A DNA stretch of 64,000 nucleotides. Origin: Flavobacteriaceae bacterium UBA5950. GTDB lineage: Bacteria > Bacteroidota > Bacteroidia > Flavobacteriales > Flavobacteriaceae. Under the pieces are notes generated by a model, which was not told the DNA's origin, did not search any database, and worked only from the letters and a program-made list of their open reading frames with translations. The stretch is from assembly GCA_002430545.1 (NCBI GenBank), contig DJCM01000013.1, positions 28,620 to 92,619 of the forward strand. Direction: 5' to 3'. A program made the position numbers and the translations under genes. Of this stretch, positions 19,678 through 29,585 are shown piece after piece (position 1 is the first letter of the stretch; each line of letters opens with the position of its first letter).

Positions 19678-19685
19678 CAAAGATA
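19678..19685 (-). promoter_or_regulatory. candidate -7 box (TATCTTTG) upstream of ruvB
   Basis: Exact match, 5 nt before ATG 19672 and directly after the coxI terminator. Confidence 0.5.
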
Positions 19686-19711
19686 ACCAAAAATAAACGC
19701 CAATGACGTAT

Positions 19712-19737
19712 AAAAAAACCCTCTGTTTAGAGGGTTT
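19712..19737 (-). terminator. rho-independent terminator after coxI
   Basis: Minus-strand RNA AAACCCUCUA-AACA-GAGGGUUU followed by a U-run, 30 nt downstream of the stop at 19768. Confidence 0.75.
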
Positions 19738-19767
19738 CTTTCATTTGATTCTGTCAGTGGCTTGTCG

Positions 19768-21531
19768 CTAGTGTTGCAACTCTTTTTCACCTTTTTTAAG
19801 AGGTATATGCTGAGGAACATAATCTTCTTTGTGTCCTGGCTTGGAGTAGTCATAAGCCCAACGATGTACTTCAGGGATATCTCCTTCCCAATTGCCATGG
19901 AAATGTTTAATGGGCGCTGTCCACTCAAGGGTATTGGACTTCCAAGGGTTTTGAACTGTTGGCTTTCCGTAGAACATGCTGTGTATAAAGTTGTATAAGA
20001 AAACAATTTGCGCTGCACCAGCAATGAGTGCAAAAATGGTGATCACAACATTGATGTCTGCCAAGTCATCAAAATATGGGAAAGCAGTGTTGGTGTAATA
20101 TCTTCGTGGTAGTCCAGCCATACCAATAAAGTGCATGGGGAAGAAAACGCCATAGGCACAAACTGCTGTTATCCAGAAGTGAATATATCCAAGTCGTTTG
20201 TTGAGCATTCGTCCAAACATTTTTGGAAACCAGTGATACACCCCGGCAAAGAGTCCGTAGAGCGCTGAAATGCCCATTACAAGGTGGAAGTGCGCAACCA
20301 CGAAATAGGTGTCATGTACGTTGATGTCTAGCGTACTGTCTCCCAAGATTATTCCTGTCAAACCACCTGTGATAAAAGTGGAAACAAGCCCAATAGAAAA
20401 CAGCATTGCAGGGTTGAGTTGCAGGTTTCCTTTCCAAAGGGTTGTGATGTAATTAAATGCCTTTACTGCTGATGGGATTGCAATGAGTAAGGTTGTAAAT
20501 GTAAATACAGATCCTAAAAACGGATTCATTCCTGAAATAAACATATGATGCCCCCAAACGATTGTGGAGAGAAAGGCAATGGCTAAAATCGATGCGACCA
20601 TTGCACGATATCCGAAAATGGGTTTACGAGCATTGGTTGCTAGTACTTCAGAAGTAATTCCGAGTGCTGGTAATAAAACGATATACACTTCTGGGTGTCC
20701 TAAAAACCAGAAGAGGTGTTCAAACAGTACTGGAGACCCACCTTGATAATGCAGCACTTCGCCTTGTATAAAAATATCGGACAGGAAAAAAGAGGTTCCA
20801 AAGCTGCGATCCATAATTAGAAGTAAAGCAGCTGAAAGCAATACTGGGAATGAAACCACCCCTATAATTGCAGTTACAAAAAATGCCCAAATGGTGAGAG
20901 GCAAACGAGTCATGCTCATTCCTTTGGTTCTCAAATTGATCACTGTTACGATATAGTTTAAGGAGCCAAGTAATGAAGAGGCAATAAAAATCGCCATCGA
21001 CACCAACCAAAGGGTCATCCCAAGTCCAGAGCCGGGTTGTGCTTGTGGAAGTGCGCTTAGTGGTGGGTAAATCGTCCATCCTGCTGCTGCTGGTCCTGCT
21101 TCAACAAATAGTGAGGCAAGCATGACAACACTTGATAGGAAAAACAACCAATAAGAAACCATATTCAAAAACCCAGAAGCCATATCGCGAGCACCGATTT
21201 GCAACGGAATAAGAAGGTTACTAAAGGTTCCACTCAGACCTGCTGTGAGAACGAAAAAGACCATAATCGTACCATGAATGGTGACCAATGCGAGATACAC
21301 ATTGGGATCCATCACCCCATCAGGTGCCCACTTTCCGAGGGTCGATTCAAAAATACCAAAAGGTTGTTCTGGCCATGCCAATTGCAAACGGAACAACAAC
21401 GACATAGCAATCCCAACAATACCCATAATCAGACCAGTGATGAGGTACTGTTTGGAGATCATTTTATGATCTTGACTAAAGATATATTTTGTGATAAATG
21501 TTTCTTTATGATGATGTGCGTCTGCTCCCAT
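19768..21531 (-). CDS. ctaD: cytochrome c oxidase subunit I
   Basis: Heme-copper oxidase subunit I motifs: WFLGHPEVYIVLLP, GHHMF, HDTYFVVAHFH. Confidence 0.96.
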   Translation of the reverse strand: MGADAHHHKETFITKYIFSQDHKMISKQYLITGLIMGIVGIAMSLLFRLQLAWPEQPFGIFESTLGKWAPDGVMDPNVYLALVTIHGTIMVFFVLTAGLSGTFSNLLIPLQIGARDMASGFLNMVSYWLFFLSSVVMLASLFVEAGPAAAGWTIYPPLSALPQAQPGSGLGMTLWLVSMAIFIASSLLGSLNYIVTVINLRTKGMSMTRLPLTIWAFFVTAIIGVVSFPVLLSAALLLIMDRSFGTSFFLSDIFIQGEVLHYQGGSPVLFEHLFWFLGHPEVYIVLLPALGITSEVLATNARKPIFGYRAMVASILAIAFLSTIVWGHHMFISGMNPFLGSVFTFTTLLIAIPSAVKAFNYITTLWKGNLQLNPAMLFSIGLVSTFITGGLTGIILGDSTLDINVHDTYFVVAHFHLVMGISALYGLFAGVYHWFPKMFGRMLNKRLGYIHFWITAVCAYGVFFPMHFIGMAGLPRRYYTNTAFPYFDDLADINVVITIFALIAGAAQIVFLYNFIHSMFYGKPTVQNPWKSNTLEWTAPIKHFHGNWEGDIPEVHRWAYDYSKPGHKEDYVPQHIPLKKGEKELQH

Positions 21532-21542
21532 AGTGATTCTTT

Positions 21543-22613
21543 TTATTGAATGACTTCAGCAAAGGTTGTTTGCTGTGACATCCATGAATTAAAATCTTTT
21601 TCTTCTTCTACAATAATTTTCATTTGCATGTTGTAGTGTGATGCACCACAAATTTTGTTGCAAAGTAATAAATAATCAAATTGATATGAATCAAGGGCTT
21701 CTTCGCCATTGGCGATTAACTCTTGACTGTTGTCATACCTAATTTTGTTAATTTTTTGAACCTTGGCTACCATGTCAGGGTTTTGTCTCATTTCTTCAGT
21801 GGTGATTGTTGGCGTAAAAGCAAATTCGGTAATCATTCCAGGCACACAGTTCATCTGTGCTCGGAAGTGCGGCATATATGCTGAATGAAGAACGTCTTGC
21901 GATCGCATTTTAAATATCACTTTTCGCCCAACTGGCAAGTGTAGCTCTTGCACAACCACATCGTCTAGCCCATTTGGATCTGAGGAGTCGATCCCAACAA
22001 GATTAAGCCCATCGTAATCTTGTAGAAAACGAACATTGGCATCCCCCAGTACATTGTCGGCACCTGCATAGCGGGCTTTCCAATTGAACTGCTGTGCATA
22101 CAATTCCACGACTAAAGCATCTTCATCTTCCTCAAAGTTCATGATGTTTGACCAGGCATATAGACCATACAATATGAGTCCCGCCAAAACAATAACAGGG
22201 ATAATTGTCCAAATAAACTCCAAACGATCGTTGTCTGCGTAAAACAGTGCTTTCAAGCCTTTTCTACCTCTGTATTTGTACGAAAAGTAGTGGAGAAGTG
22301 CTTGTGTGACAATCTGAACAAAAAAGATCAAAGCCATTGAAATCCACATCAAGCGGTCGTAATCGACTCCATGTTCAGATGCAGCTTCTGGCAGAAGTAC
22401 ATCTCCCCACTCCCAAAATGAATAAATGGTGATCAAATAGATGAACACCAAAAAGGCGAACATCAGTTTACCATTCCAATCGTTGTCTTTTTCGTTGGCT
22501 ACTTGGCTGTCATCCACTTTTTTGTTGAGCTGTGCCACTTGGAAGATTTTAGTAATCTGCCAAACAGCAATACTTACCGAAACCAAAATTGTAATCATTA
22601 ACAATGTCGTCAT
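21543..22613 (-). CDS. coxB: cytochrome c oxidase subunit II (no fused cytochrome c domain)
   Basis: Cupredoxin CuA motif DVLHS...CNKICGASHYNM. No CxxCH motif anywhere in the protein. Confidence 0.9.
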   Translation of the reverse strand: MTTLLMITILVSVSIAVWQITKIFQVAQLNKKVDDSQVANEKDNDWNGKLMFAFLVFIYLITIYSFWEWGDVLLPEAASEHGVDYDRLMWISMALIFFVQIVTQALLHYFSYKYRGRKGLKALFYADNDRLEFIWTIIPVIVLAGLILYGLYAWSNIMNFEEDEDALVVELYAQQFNWKARYAGADNVLGDANVRFLQDYDGLNLVGIDSSDPNGLDDVVVQELHLPVGRKVIFKMRSQDVLHSAYMPHFRAQMNCVPGMITEFAFTPTITTEEMRQNPDMVAKVQKINKIRYDNSQELIANGEEALDSYQFDYLLLCNKICGASHYNMQMKIIVEEEKDFNSWMSQQTTFAEVIQ

Positions 22614-22634
22614 ATCATTATTCCTTCACACAAA

Positions 22635-24029
22635 TTAATAGACAAAATTTTCACTTTCTTTTACCAATGGATCCCCTTTAGGCTTGAGTGGTGCCTTGGC
22701 CAAAGCCGAGAAAACCACATAGAGAAACAGTCCTGCAAATAGTGAGGCACTGCCCAGCTCTGAAAGTCCAAATGACCATCGATCTCCAACGGTTGCTGGC
22801 ATAATCATATTGTAAAAATCAAGGTAGTGACCAAGTACAATGATGATTCCAGCCATGATGATAAACCAATTGTTTCGTTTGTAATCGCTATTCATTAAAA
22901 TCAGAAGTGGAAGAACAAAGTTCATCACCACCATTCCAAAAAACAAAAGGTTGTAATCCTCGATTCGAGTGATAAAATAAGTCACTTCTTCAGGGATATT
23001 CGAATACCAAATCAACATGAATTGTGAAAACCACAGGTAGGTCCAAAACACGCTAAATCCAAACATAAATTTTCCAAGATCGTGAATATGACTGTCATTG
23101 ACTTCTTCTAATAAGCCTTTGGATTTGAGATAAATTGTAACCATAGCGATAACAGTTACTGCAGTTACGATCATGCTCGCAAATACATACCATCCAAACA
23201 AGGTACTAAACCAGTGCGGATCGACAGACATGATCCAATCCCACGACATCATTGACTCTGTGACGATGTAAAACACCAAGAAGCCTGCCGCAAGTCTAAA
23301 ATTCTTTTTGTGATAGCCAATCCCATTATCATTGTCTTGCGCCAGTGAAAATTTTCTAGAATAGAAACGATAAAGGTTCCATCCAACAATATATAACAAG
23401 GCACGTGCGAGGAAAAAAGGCACGTTGAGATAGCTTTGTTTGTTTTGAATAATTTCGTCATGTGCAACTACCTCGGCATCCATCCAGACAAATAGGTGGT
23501 TGAGGTGAAGACCCGAAAGAACAAGAAGTACAAATACGATAATTGAACCTGGGAGAAGATATGCGGTAATCCCCTCCATGACGCGAAACAGAAGGATCGA
23601 CCAACCTGCTTGCGCTGCTCGCTGAATCGCATAAAACGCTAGTGCTCCAAGAGCAATCATCATAAAAAATAGCGCAGCTACATAGGTGGCAGCCCATGGG
23701 CGGTTTTGCAGCTGATGCAAGAGATGTTTGTCGTGGCTATCGCTATGAGCATAAGCCTCATCGTTATTGTCGTGATGGTCATCGGCATGGTCGTCGTGAT
23801 GATCCGAGTGATGAGCTTCGTCTTTGTACGCCACAGCATGATCATCGGCATGGGTGTCGTGATCAACATGCCCGCCATGTCCACCATGTCCACGGGCATC
23901 TGCTACCATTGCTTTGGCTTCCTCCACGGTGGTTGGGGCAGAGAGAAATCCGATTCCCAAAGCCACTGCACCCACAACCATCAGGCTAAGAGAGAAAATT
24001 TTTAGATTTTTAGAAAAGCTATACATCAT
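22635..24029 (-). CDS. actF: alternative complex III subunit ActF (NrfD-like membrane subunit)
   Basis: Polytopic membrane protein last in the act cluster. The track start at 24083 is a TTG inside actE, so ATG at 24029 (MMYSFSK), 2 nt after the actE stop, is preferred. Confidence 0.8.
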   Translation of the reverse strand: MMYSFSKNLKIFSLSLMVVGAVALGIGFLSAPTTVEEAKAMVADARGHGGHGGHVDHDTHADDHAVAYKDEAHHSDHHDDHADDHHDNNDEAYAHSDSHDKHLLHQLQNRPWAATYVAALFFMMIALGALAFYAIQRAAQAGWSILLFRVMEGITAYLLPGSIIVFVLLVLSGLHLNHLFVWMDAEVVAHDEIIQNKQSYLNVPFFLARALLYIVGWNLYRFYSRKFSLAQDNDNGIGYHKKNFRLAAGFLVFYIVTESMMSWDWIMSVDPHWFSTLFGWYVFASMIVTAVTVIAMVTIYLKSKGLLEEVNDSHIHDLGKFMFGFSVFWTYLWFSQFMLIWYSNIPEEVTYFITRIEDYNLLFFGMVVMNFVLPLLILMNSDYKRNNWFIIMAGIIIVLGHYLDFYNMIMPATVGDRWSFGLSELGSASLFAGLFLYVVFSALAKAPLKPKGDPLVKESENFVY

Positions 24030-24031
24030 TC

Positions 24032-24580
24032 TTACTTTGTTAATTGCGCTCTTAGATGCATAACGTGTTGGGTAATCTGCCAACGCTCTTCTGCATCGAT
24101 TAAACTCGCGTGTGAACCCATCGCATTTTTGCCATGCATCAACACATGATACACACTGCCTTCTGTGATCTCACGATCGGCATAGCTTGGAATCCCTAAA
24201 AACTTTTCACGCTTCATCAAAATCCCTTGTCCATCGCCTTTAGAACCATGACATACTGCGCAATAAATCGCATAGAGTTCTTTTCCTTCGGCACGATGTT
24301 CATCTGTTTTTTCGAGGGGTGAGGTGAGTTCGGCTTTTGCCAGCTCATAACCCTCATTTGTATTTGGATAGTCATAGGGTTGCCAACCTCTTGGGATAGA
24401 TCCTTCTACAGGCAACTGTGCTGCAGTGCCATTAAAAAAGGGCGCTTCGGCATAGGTGTCATATCCAACAGACTCGTACATATCAGGGAAATACTGATAG
24501 TTGGGTTGGGATGGATCAAAGCATGATACGACACTCAACAGTGCCAATCCACAGAACATAAGGCCTAGATTTCTTTTCAT
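24032..24580 (-). CDS. actE: alternative complex III monoheme cytochrome c subunit ActE (lipoprotein)
   Basis: Single CAVCHG heme motif. Signal peptide with lipobox-like LSVVSC. Confidence 0.85.
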   Translation of the reverse strand: MKRNLGLMFCGLALLSVVSCFDPSQPNYQYFPDMYESVGYDTYAEAPFFNGTAAQLPVEGSIPRGWQPYDYPNTNEGYELAKAELTSPLEKTDEHRAEGKELYAIYCAVCHGSKGDGQGILMKREKFLGIPSYADREITEGSVYHVLMHGKNAMGSHASLIDAEERWQITQHVMHLRAQLTK

Positions 24581-25110
24581 GATTCCCCCTTTTTTTCGTG
24601 TACTTTTACTTCGATCGCTCCTGTCTTTTTCAATAAGTAAACGAGTTTCTTTTCGTTGTCACCAACAGCAACCTCCATCAAAAACTTATCGTCGGTTGTA
24701 GATGGCATTGGATTTTCTGCTTTTTTGAAGGGCCATAATCGACTGCGCAAATAGAAAGTGATCACCATCAGGTGAGCTGCAAAGAAAATCGTCATCTCAA
24801 ATAAAACAGGAACAAAGGCTGGCACATTTTCGAGATATGAGAAGCTGGGTTTACCACCAATGTTTTGTGGCCAGTCTTCTATCATAATATAGTTTGTGAG
24901 CCAAATGGCAATCGACAAGCCCAAGCAACCAAACATAAAGGAAGCAATCGCAATGCGCGTGGGTGCAAGACCCATCGCCTTATCAAGCCCGTGGACAGGA
25001 AATGGCGTAAAGACTTCCTCTATGTGATGATTTGCTGCTTTGACGTCTTTGACAGCGTGCAACAACACATCATCGTCATCATAAATGGCGTGAATTACTT
25101 TACTACTCAT
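24577..25110 (-). CDS. actD: alternative complex III subunit ActD (DUF3341)
   Basis: MSSKVIHAIYDDDDVLLHAVKDV... followed by two TM helices. The track start at 25137 is a GTG inside actC, so ATG at 25110 is preferred. Confidence 0.8.
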   Translation of the reverse strand: MSSKVIHAIYDDDDVLLHAVKDVKAANHHIEEVFTPFPVHGLDKAMGLAPTRIAIASFMFGCLGLSIAIWLTNYIMIEDWPQNIGGKPSFSYLENVPAFVPVLFEMTIFFAAHLMVITFYLRSRLWPFKKAENPMPSTTDDKFLMEVAVGDNEKKLVYLLKKTGAIEVKVHEKKGES

Positions 25111-26488
25111 CGCTTGTTGTTTTTTTGTATTTATCACCCGAGGACTTCAAGATCGATTTGACTTCTGCTTGCGCAATCACTGGAAAAGTGCGAGCGTATA
25201 GCAAAAACAAGACAAAGAAAAAGCCTATTGTTCCAATAAAAATTCCAATATCAACAAAGGTTGGTGAGAACATTGTCCAAGAAGATGGGAGATAGTCTCT
25301 GTGCAGAGAGGTTACAATGATCACAAAGCGCTCGAACCACATCCCTATATTTACGACTATGGATATAATAAAGGAGAACATAATACTTGTTCTTAATTTT
25401 TTAAACCACATAAACTGTGGAGAGAATACATTACAGGTCATCATCGCCCAATAGGCCCACCAATAAGGTCCAGTTGCACGATTAAGGAATGCATATTGTT
25501 CATATTCAACCCCTGAGTACCAAGCAATAAACAGCTCTGTGATATACGCCACACCAACAATCGAACCTGTAATCATGATTACGATGTTCATCAATTCGAT
25601 ATGCTGGATGGTAATATAATTTTCAAGGTTAATGACTTTGCGCATAATAATCAACAGCGTTTGCACCATGGCAAAACCTGAGAAGATTGCACCAGCCACA
25701 AAATAGGGTGGAAAAATGGTTGTGTGCCAACCAGGGATCACAGAGGTAGCAAAGTCAAATGATACTATAGTGTGAACAGAAAGAACCAGTGGTGTTGCCA
25801 ATCCTGCCAATACTAAAGAAACCTCTTCAAAGCGTTGCCAGTCTTTTGCACGTCCACTCCAACCAAAGCTCAATAGACCATAAATTTTCTTTTGAAATGG
25901 CTTGACAGCACGATCGCGAATCATCGCAAAGTCAGGCAGTAAACCTGTCCACCAGAATACAAGTGATACAGACAGGTAGGTCGAAATCGCAAATACATCC
26001 CAAAGTAGAGGAGAATTGAAGTTGACCCATAGTGACCCAAATTGGTTTGGAATGGGTAAAACCCAGTATGCCAACCATGGACGACCCATGTGAATGATGG
26101 GGAACAACCCTGCTTGAATCACAGAGAAAATGGTCATCGCTTCAGCAGATCGGTTGATGGCCATACGCCATTTTTGTCTAAACAATAGCAGTACAGCAGA
26201 AATTAAGGTTCCTGCGTGTCCAATTCCAACCCACCATACAAAGTTGGTGATGTCCCAAGCCCAACCAACGGTTTTGTTCAGCCCCCAAACGCCGATACCA
26301 GTTGATATTGTGTAAATAATACAGCCAATCCCCCATAAAAAAGCAACCAATGCAATGCTAAAAACGATCCACCATTGCTTGTTGGCTTTGCCCTCAACAG
26401 GAGCAACGATATCAACAGTCACATCGTGGTATGATTTATTCCCGGTGACGAGTGGTTTTCGTATTGGTGCTTCGTAATGCGAGGCCAT
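25103..26488 (-). CDS. actC: alternative complex III quinol-oxidising membrane subunit ActC (NrfD/PsrC family)
   Basis: 461-aa polytopic NrfD-like protein following ActB. Confidence 0.88.
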   Translation of the reverse strand: MASHYEAPIRKPLVTGNKSYHDVTVDIVAPVEGKANKQWWIVFSIALVAFLWGIGCIIYTISTGIGVWGLNKTVGWAWDITNFVWWVGIGHAGTLISAVLLLFRQKWRMAINRSAEAMTIFSVIQAGLFPIIHMGRPWLAYWVLPIPNQFGSLWVNFNSPLLWDVFAISTYLSVSLVFWWTGLLPDFAMIRDRAVKPFQKKIYGLLSFGWSGRAKDWQRFEEVSLVLAGLATPLVLSVHTIVSFDFATSVIPGWHTTIFPPYFVAGAIFSGFAMVQTLLIIMRKVINLENYITIQHIELMNIVIMITGSIVGVAYITELFIAWYSGVEYEQYAFLNRATGPYWWAYWAMMTCNVFSPQFMWFKKLRTSIMFSFIISIVVNIGMWFERFVIIVTSLHRDYLPSSWTMFSPTFVDIGIFIGTIGFFFVLFLLYARTFPVIAQAEVKSILKSSGDKYKKTTSDE

Positions 26489-26498
26489 AGTTATTGGT

Positions 26499-29400
26499 TT
26501 ATGATGTCTCTGTATTTCTAACTTTTACTTGATACTGCACGTTTGGTTTTGTACCTACGCTTTCCAACAGGTGATACATTCGATCACTTTTCAATGACTT
26601 GGCTACACGGCTCGACTTGTCATTGATGTCGCCAAATGTTATTGCGCCATTCGAGCAGGCACTTGAACAAGCTGTTTGGAATTCCCCATCAGGAATGTCA
26701 CGTCCAACGAGCTTGGCATCCAAAATTGTCTTTTGTGTTTTCTGAATACACAACGAACATTTTTCCATCACTCCACGAGAGCGAACAACTACATCTGGGT
26801 TCAGTACCATACGACCCAAATCATTGTTCATATAGAAATCAAATTCGTCATTATTATTGTATAAGAACCAGTTGAATCGTCTGACTTTATACGGACAGTT
26901 ATTGGCGCAGTATCGTGTTCCAACACAGCGATTGTATGCCATGTGATTTTGACCTTGACGACCATGTGAGGTGGCAGCCACTGGGCAAACCGTTTCACAA
27001 GGTGCATGGTTACAGTGCTGGCACATAATCGGCTGAAAGGTTACTTGAGGATTGGTAGATGGCTCTTCCAAAGAGCTGAAAGTCGTGAGCGACTCACCTA
27101 GTCCACTGATTTCATTCACTGTTGTGTTATCTCCCTCAAAGGTTTCTTCGGAGGAGTAGTATCGATCGATTCGCAACCAGTGCATATCACGTGATTTGCG
27201 AATTTCTCGCTTGCCAACAACAGGCACATTGTTTTCAGCATGACATGCCACTACACATGCCCCACACCCTGTACAAGCGTTCAGGTCGATCGATAAGTTG
27301 AAGTGATGCCCAACAGAACGATCAAATTGATTCCAAATATCAACCTCTGGAGAAGTGACTTTGGTTTCAATATGATTTTTACTCACCACTGGGACTGCGT
27401 TGTAGTAGTCCCTGTTTTTGGTATTAAAAATTTCGAGTGTTGTTTCCTTTACAATGTCTTCACGACCCATCAAGGTATTTTGCAACTGTGTACAAGCAAA
27501 CTCATGCGTGCCTTCAGCTGCTTCAATTGACACTGACTGAACGTTGGAGAAGTCATTATATAGTGTATAAGCATTGACACCCACTTGCATTTCAGACTTC
27601 ATCCCAGCTTGTTTACCATATCCAAATGCCAAACCAACAGTGCCTTTGGCCTGACCTGGTTGGATCAGCACAGGTACTTTGAGTGTTGAAGACCCTACAG
27701 TTATGTTGGCATATCCGCCGTTTAATGACCCATCCGACTGGGTTTCATTCCACAGACCGAGTGCTGCTGCATCCGACTTTGAAATCGTTAGGTAGTTGTC
27801 CCACGTCACACGAGTGATTGGGTCTGGAAGCTCTTGCAGCCAAGGGTTATTTGCTTGTTGCCCATCCCCTAGTCCTGTCTTAGTGTACAAATGCAGGGAG
27901 TAACCCTTTTGTTTCGCAGCAGAAAGGCTGCCAATCGCATCGGCAACTGAATCGTTATAACGCTTTCCGTTGGTGGAAGAATCACTGACATAAAACCCAT
28001 CATGTAAGGTCTTATTCCATGACGTTCCACTTAAAATATTTTTCTCCCAATAAGATCGCAATTGATCTCTGTAGCTCATGTCTTTCCCCAACCAAGTGAG
28101 TAACACATCTTGAAATTGTTTGGTATCGAACAAGGGCCGAATTGTTGGTTGCGTAAGGCCAAAGTGATTTGTTTTGAATTCCACATCACCCCACGATTCG
28201 AGATAGTGAGGAGTTGCTGCCACCCATTGAGCTTTGGATGCAGTTTCGTCGTTTTTCATACTAAAGGACAAAGAGAATTTGGCTTTCGCTAATCCAGCAG
28301 CAAACTGCTCTCCTTCTGCTAAGGTATATACAGGGTTTACATCTACCATAATAATCCCTTGAACTGCTCCACTGTTCAAATCCTCAACAAGTTGTGAGAC
28401 CTCAAGCGCATTGCCCTGACGAGTGGTAGTTGTGTGTTTGGTATCGATGACAACAGATCCAATTTTTTCATTGATGGCTAGGGTAACTCGGTGTGCTTCA
28501 GTACTTGGTAAATCTGTAACAACGATTCCCTTTTTTCCAGCTTTTCGCAAGTGTTTTGCAACGACTTTGGCCATCTCCACTGTGGCTTGATCTGCAGTGG
28601 CTTGCCCATTTGTCAACTCGACATACACTGCTGCAAGAACTTGCTGTTGTTGAGCAGCAGTCATGGGCATTCGCTTGTCGGCAGCTGCTCCTGAAAGGGT
28701 CATATTGGCTTCAAACTGGAAGTGTGTTGACATCTTTGCCTTGCCATTTTTCTTGACAGGCACTCGTGTTTTTACATACCCAGGTGCATGCCCTCCTCCT
28801 TGCCAATCACCCAGAAAATCTGCATCAAAAGAAACGATTGTCTCTGCTTTCGAGAAATCATAGGTAGGAAGTGCTCGCTGTCCATATGCTTTTGCAAAGG
28901 CATCTAATGCATGAGATGATGACACTGCATCATAGGAAATATGTTTGATGTTTTCATACTTGGCTGTGAGTTGATCGATCAAATGCTGGGTCGAAGGACT
29001 GGCAAAAGAGCGTGTCAACAAGGCCAATTGCTCGCCTTGACTTTGCATATTGTCGAGCTGATGACAACTGAGATCAAATAGTGTTGCCCAACCAACAGGA
29101 CTTCCAGACTGTGTTGGTCCTTGCAAACGAAGGTTGTCATACAACGACAAGACAGAAGCTTGCACACGTGCGTTTGCAGCATAGCTTGCAGGAATGTCAG
29201 TGTTGTTTTCAACCTTAATCGGTCTTCCCTCTCGTGTTTTTACAAGGAGACTCGCGAGGTCAAATCCATCAGCAACAGTAGTTGCATAATAGTTTGAAAT
29301 CCCAGGGCGAATTTCTTCTGGTTGCACAACATACGGAATTGATTTATGAACAGGCCCCTCACATGCAGCCAATGATGCTGCTGCAGTGCTAAAACCAACA

Positions 29401-29573
29401 TACTTTAGAAAATCTCGTCGATTGGTTTTAGAGTCATTCATCGCTTGCTCATTGCCCAGAAAGGCATCTTCAGGAAGCTTTTCAACAAACTCACGCCCCT
29501 TGAGGTCTTCGACAAATGCATTATTGCTGTCTAACTCAGCTGTGCTTTTCCAATATTTTTTATGGTTGGCCAT
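26499..29573 (-). CDS. actB: alternative complex III subunit ActB (molybdopterin-oxidoreductase-like plus 4Fe-4S domains)
   Basis: Twin-arginine motif NRRDFLKYVGFSTAAASLAAC. C-terminal ferredoxin-type clusters CTGCGACVVACH and CQHCNHAPCETVCP. Confidence 0.92.
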   Translation of the reverse strand: MANHKKYWKSTAELDSNNAFVEDLKGREFVEKLPEDAFLGNEQAMNDSKTNRRDFLKYVGFSTAAASLAACEGPVHKSIPYVVQPEEIRPGISNYYATTVADGFDLASLLVKTREGRPIKVENNTDIPASYAANARVQASVLSLYDNLRLQGPTQSGSPVGWATLFDLSCHQLDNMQSQGEQLALLTRSFASPSTQHLIDQLTAKYENIKHISYDAVSSSHALDAFAKAYGQRALPTYDFSKAETIVSFDADFLGDWQGGGHAPGYVKTRVPVKKNGKAKMSTHFQFEANMTLSGAAADKRMPMTAAQQQQVLAAVYVELTNGQATADQATVEMAKVVAKHLRKAGKKGIVVTDLPSTEAHRVTLAINEKIGSVVIDTKHTTTTRQGNALEVSQLVEDLNSGAVQGIIMVDVNPVYTLAEGEQFAAGLAKAKFSLSFSMKNDETASKAQWVAATPHYLESWGDVEFKTNHFGLTQPTIRPLFDTKQFQDVLLTWLGKDMSYRDQLRSYWEKNILSGTSWNKTLHDGFYVSDSSTNGKRYNDSVADAIGSLSAAKQKGYSLHLYTKTGLGDGQQANNPWLQELPDPITRVTWDNYLTISKSDAAALGLWNETQSDGSLNGGYANITVGSSTLKVPVLIQPGQAKGTVGLAFGYGKQAGMKSEMQVGVNAYTLYNDFSNVQSVSIEAAEGTHEFACTQLQNTLMGREDIVKETTLEIFNTKNRDYYNAVPVVSKNHIETKVTSPEVDIWNQFDRSVGHHFNLSIDLNACTGCGACVVACHAENNVPVVGKREIRKSRDMHWLRIDRYYSSEETFEGDNTTVNEISGLGESLTTFSSLEEPSTNPQVTFQPIMCQHCNHAPCETVCPVAATSHGRQGQNHMAYNRCVGTRYCANNCPYKVRRFNWFLYNNNDEFDFYMNNDLGRMVLNPDVVVRSRGVMEKCSLCIQKTQKTILDAKLVGRDIPDGEFQTACSSACSNGAITFGDINDKSSRVAKSLKSDRMYHLLESVGTKPNVQYQVKVRNTETS

Positions 29574-29585
29574 CTTTGTTTTTGA

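Noticed and set aside
23678-24005. Overlapping ORFs in three frames and repetitive GAT/CAT/GAC-rich DNA, considered as a tandem repeat, a CRISPR-like array or an overprinted gene
   Set aside because: The repetitiveness is codon-level (His/Asp codons) inside ActF. There is no repeat-spacer periodicity. The alternative frames give His/Arg/Gly- or Met/Val/Ile-rich nonsense.
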